This document shows, one piece after another, positions 60,414 to 64,000 of a stretch of 64,000 nt of DNA. How positions within the stretch are numbered: position 1 is the stretch's first letter; each line of letters begins with the position of its first letter. The stretch spans positions 35,962,001 to 36,026,000 of the forward strand of contig NC_087251.1 in assembly GCF_037042905.1 (NCBI RefSeq), read 5' to 3'. Source of the stretch: Lytechinus pictus (taxonomy: Eukaryota). The position numbers and the translations under genes are program-made. Below the pieces are notes generated by a model. It ran no database searches. It worked only from the letters and a program-made list of their open reading frames with translations, and was not told the origin of the DNA.

Positions 60414-62679
60414 ATATAAATACCAGTTGTGGTAATGATCCCAAAATGAGTTCGAACAGAATCCAATTAAATTACTACCCAAGTGTGTGTATGTATGTAT
60501 AAAAAATATGTGCCAAGTGGCTCTGGAAGAAAATGCGTAATTGCTGAGAAATCAGCATAATAAGCACGGAATTCCATCAGATTTCAGGTATTTTCCGAGC
60601 AATATTAATACCTTGTCTCACATATGCTTTTCTGTGTTAGTGATCATCTGAATTATCGGTTTTGAGCTAAGATTTAATGATTTCCCAAAGATAAGTTTAC
60701 TTTAATGTACCAGATCTAGATATATAATGATATTTTGTTAATTAACCTTGATTTTAAAGTAGAAATATATTGAAAATCATAAAAATGAAGAATTATATAT
60801 CAAATTAAAGGGGAAAATAAGAAGAACACGACGGTGTACATCATTTATCATGGAGGCCGATGAAACTCACTTAATTGATAGTTTAAAGTTCTCTCTCTGA
60901 ATGCTTCAAACACGCACAATTACGTCCGCGAAATTGGGTTTTTTTTATGACGTGTACAAGTGTGCGAGAGACGTGATTGGCTCTCCCACGTCAAGCTCCA
61001 CTTGCATGCGAAACCTGTTGCGAGGGTACGTTTTCTCCACACTGTCACTGAATACTTCGATCACGAAATGAAAGAAAACCCAGAAGTTTATCTAGATTTT
61101 GGATTTTCAAATTGATGATTTTGAAGATAAAGAGAATGATGATGAAGTTTCTAGCTCTAGTGACGTGGATGGAGGTAAATTAGGGGAATTACGCCTATGA
61201 TGATGAGTCGGACAATTCAACTTGCATGCCTATTCGCTACCAACTCATGCAGCTGCTAGTGCTAGCTGCACATACCGCGGGCCAAAATAAATCCATGAAA
61301 ATGAATTCCAGCCTGACCATCCAGACAGAGTCTCTTCCCTCTGGTAATAAAATTTACTCTAAAGAAGGAAAATAATGATATAACTGTACTTACAAACAGT
61401 GAATATATCCGAATCTGAAGGCAAATCAACTCAACGAATAGCAGCAGACGATATGCACTGACGATAAACTTCACGTGGCTGGGATAAATTTTCACTCGTT
61501 AGGTATAATTTCTACCTCATTATTTTGACAAAATTACGAAACTCGGGGAATTATTTATCTATATAAAAATGTAGTAACACCTCGTACTATTTTTAAATTA
61601 CGATAAAACCTTTTTTGAAGCAAAAAGTTGAGGTAAATTAAAATTAGATGTAAAAGATCATCCCACATGCGTAGCTCGTATGTGATTGTAAACAAACCAT
61701 CCAAAATGCCGATTGAGAGCTGTGCAACACGTGCATCTAACTCTCTCAGCCAAGGCGAGCAAGCAATGTGTGTTTGTGATGGTTTGTTTACAATCACATA
61801 CGAGCTACGCATGTGGGATGATATTTTACATCTAATTTTAATTTACCTCAACTTTTTGCTTCAAAAAAGGTTTTATCGTAATTTAAAAATAGTACGAGGT
61901 GTTACTATATTTTATATAGATAAATAGTTCCCCGAGTTTCGTAATTTTGTCAAAATTATGAGATAGAAATTATATCTAACAGAACGAGTGACAATTTATC
62001 CCAGCCACGTGAAGTTTATCGTCAGTGCATATCGTCTGCTGCTATTTGTTGAGTTGATTTGCCTTCAGATTCAGATATATTCACTTGTTTGTAAGTACAG
62101 TTATATCATTATTTTCCTTCTATAGAGTAAATTTTATTGACCGAGGGAAGAGACTCTGTCTGGATGGTCAGGCTGGAATTCATTTTCATGGATTTATTTT
62201 GACCCCTTATTTTCCTCCATCCACGTCACTAGAGCTAGAAACTTCATCATCATTCTCTTTATCTTCAAAATCATCAATTTGAAAATCCAAAATCTAGATA
62301 AACTTCTGGGTTTTCTTTCATTTCGTGATCGAAGTATGCAGTGACAGTGGAGAAAACGTACCCTCGCAACAGGTTTTGCATGCAATGGAGCTTGACGTGG
62401 GAGAGCCAATCACATCTCATGTACACTCATACACGTCATCAAATTCGAGTCAATTCAGAGACCGATGGGAGGCGTATTTCGGACAGGCATTTTAGCGCTT
62501 TTTAATTGGCGATTTCCACCTTATGTATTACTTTCGTTATTTTTGAATGACCAAATGATAATCCCCACATCATGACCTTTCCACTGATATATAATAAGGC
62601 CATATTCATAATCAATATATTTCTCCTTTAAAGACTTTCTCATGAAATAATAGTTTCTTGCAACTACTATCTTTTACCT
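60414..62679. mobile_element. Outer TTAA-type MITE interrupted by the fold-back element
   Basis: TTAA-ATATAAATACCAGTTGTGG ... CAACTACTATCTTTTACCT-TTAA (degenerate TIR). Its sequence resumes after the TTAA duplication at 62628. Confidence 0.65.
60758..62627. mobile_element. Kolobok-like element with an internal ~660-750 bp inverted repeat (fold-back)
   Basis: TTAA|AGTAGAAATATATTGA ... TCAATATATTTCTCCT|TTAA. Arms at 60947-61701 and 61778-62439 with a 76-bp spacer. Confidence 0.85.
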
Positions 62680-63520
62680 TTAACCAATAAAAAGAAGCTT
62701 AAAGTTAAACTCTTGTACTAGTTACAAGAGAAAATAAAAAGTTCACAGAATTGAACAAAACTTATATGGAATTATGAATGATAAAAGATATGAATAAGTG
62801 AAAACATTTTTTCAGGAAAATATATAATTACAAAGTAATGAGCAAATGAAGATCACAAAAAAATCCTGAAAAATGCCTGTCTATTTATTTTGTAGTCCCA
62901 AATTGGAAAGAAATGACAAAGAAGTCGGGTGAAATTCAATTGAAATGGATGACAACATAACTAAACTGTAAACAAGGCTGAATGTGCATAGCTAAACTGA
63001 ATAAATTTAACAGAGTAAAGGAAACCTAAATGTCAAATAAACTGTTCTACCTTATCTCAATATGCTCTTAATTAAGTAATTACATTGGCCTTTGTATTTT
63101 CTGATCAAAGATCATATTTCTGAATCCTGCCCCCAAACTGTGTGTTCTACTGCAATGCAATTTTGATAATAAAAGTCACAATATGAAATTCAAACATTTG
63201 ACTTAACAATGATACGAGATTCATTGAATTATTTATTACAATTCCCCTAGAAAATATGAGTGCACTACAACTACAACAAAATTAATTCTACACTGATTTT
63301 ATACTGCTTATATTAATAGTAGAGACATAGACTACCAGAAATCAGGAAATATGCACCCCATTCCACAATATTTGTTATCAATAACAAATGGATTTTCTAA
63401 TTCCATTTTGCTTTTAATGGAAAAATTCTTTATCAGATTTCTGTAATTTTGTGGAATTTTGAAACTGCATCAGTTATTAATAAAATTGTATTATTTTCCT
63501 GTCTGATTTTGACCTTATAG

Positions 63521-63673
63521 CTTGGAAGAGCTGATAAATTAGCGATGGATTTCGGTGGCAGTGACGAAACATCTCGGGAGAATATGATCAAGAGCCATTA
63601 CACATCTAGACTATCAGAACTAACTACACATCAACAGATTTGCGACAGTAAAGGAGTCAACTTCAGCGCAGAG
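63521..63673 (+). CDS. PPP1R21: PPP1R21 exon 16 (LGRADKLAMD...SRENMIKSHYTSRLSELT...DSKGVNFSAE); gene continues beyond the window
   Basis: TAG/GTATGT boundaries; conserved SRExxIKxHYxxRxxELT...DSKxVxFxAE. Confidence 0.95.
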
Positions 63674-63692
63674 GTATGTCAATACATTAGTA

Positions 63693-63693
63693 A

Positions 63694-63726
<33 letters not shown>

Positions 63727-63730
63727 GTGC
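63693..63730. repeat. (TG)n microsatellite
   Basis: TGTGTGTG run directly visible. Confidence 0.9.
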
Positions 63731-64000
63731 CTACTTATAATCACCCTGTAATCGGGGACAAAATTGTGACACTCCACTATCACACTGAGGACATCACTAA
63801 AAACTGGAATGGTCCCTATTTTTGTGAACTCTCAAATAGCTGCAAATCTAAGGTAGGTGGTGCCAAAGTACTTTTGAAAATGGCCCAAATCATGCATTTG
63901 TATGCACCCTAAAGTCCCGCCTACTAGTGAATTGTCGTACACAATGATGCAGAGGGGAGTGTGTCCCCACTTATATACAGAGTATGTTTTATAATGTTCC

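Noticed and set aside
61555..61927. Mirror-image 85/86 aa ORFs on both strands
   Set aside because: Artefact of the inverted repeat; no coding signature.

Overview
AT-rich, intron- and transposon-rich animal genomic DNA. The repeat families and gene sequences suggest a sea urchin or another invertebrate deuterostome, but this is inference and the species cannot be fixed from the sequence. Three genes were reconstructed by hand from GT-AG exons with consistent phases. (1) The last five coding exons of a FoxN2/3 forkhead factor (+, 1101-8957; the forkhead domain lies upstream of the window), followed by a probable ~6 kb 3'UTR. (2) A complete TMEM223 (-, CDS 22706-22166 + 21730-21438, 277 aa). 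(3) The first 16 coding exons of PPP1R21/KLRAQ1 (+, 29955-63673, 692 codons, continuing past the window). Introns and intergenic DNA carry many MITEs and non-autonomous DNA transposons (often nested), SINEs, LINE fragments and a Helentron-type element. The main observations are a candidate 21-nt frame-preserving neural-type microexon in PPP1R21 (upstream UGC, downstream TGCATG); a ~1.5 kb intronic fold-back inside nested TTAA elements; a 4.1 kb element with 7-bp TSD carrying a duplicated exon-like cargo; three independent partial-exon tandem duplications; RFX X-box clusters around FoxN2/3; and FoxN2/3-PPP1R21 linkage matching the vertebrate FOXN2-PPP1R21 arrangement. No prokaryotic-type system, CRISPR array, rRNA or true tRNA gene was seen.
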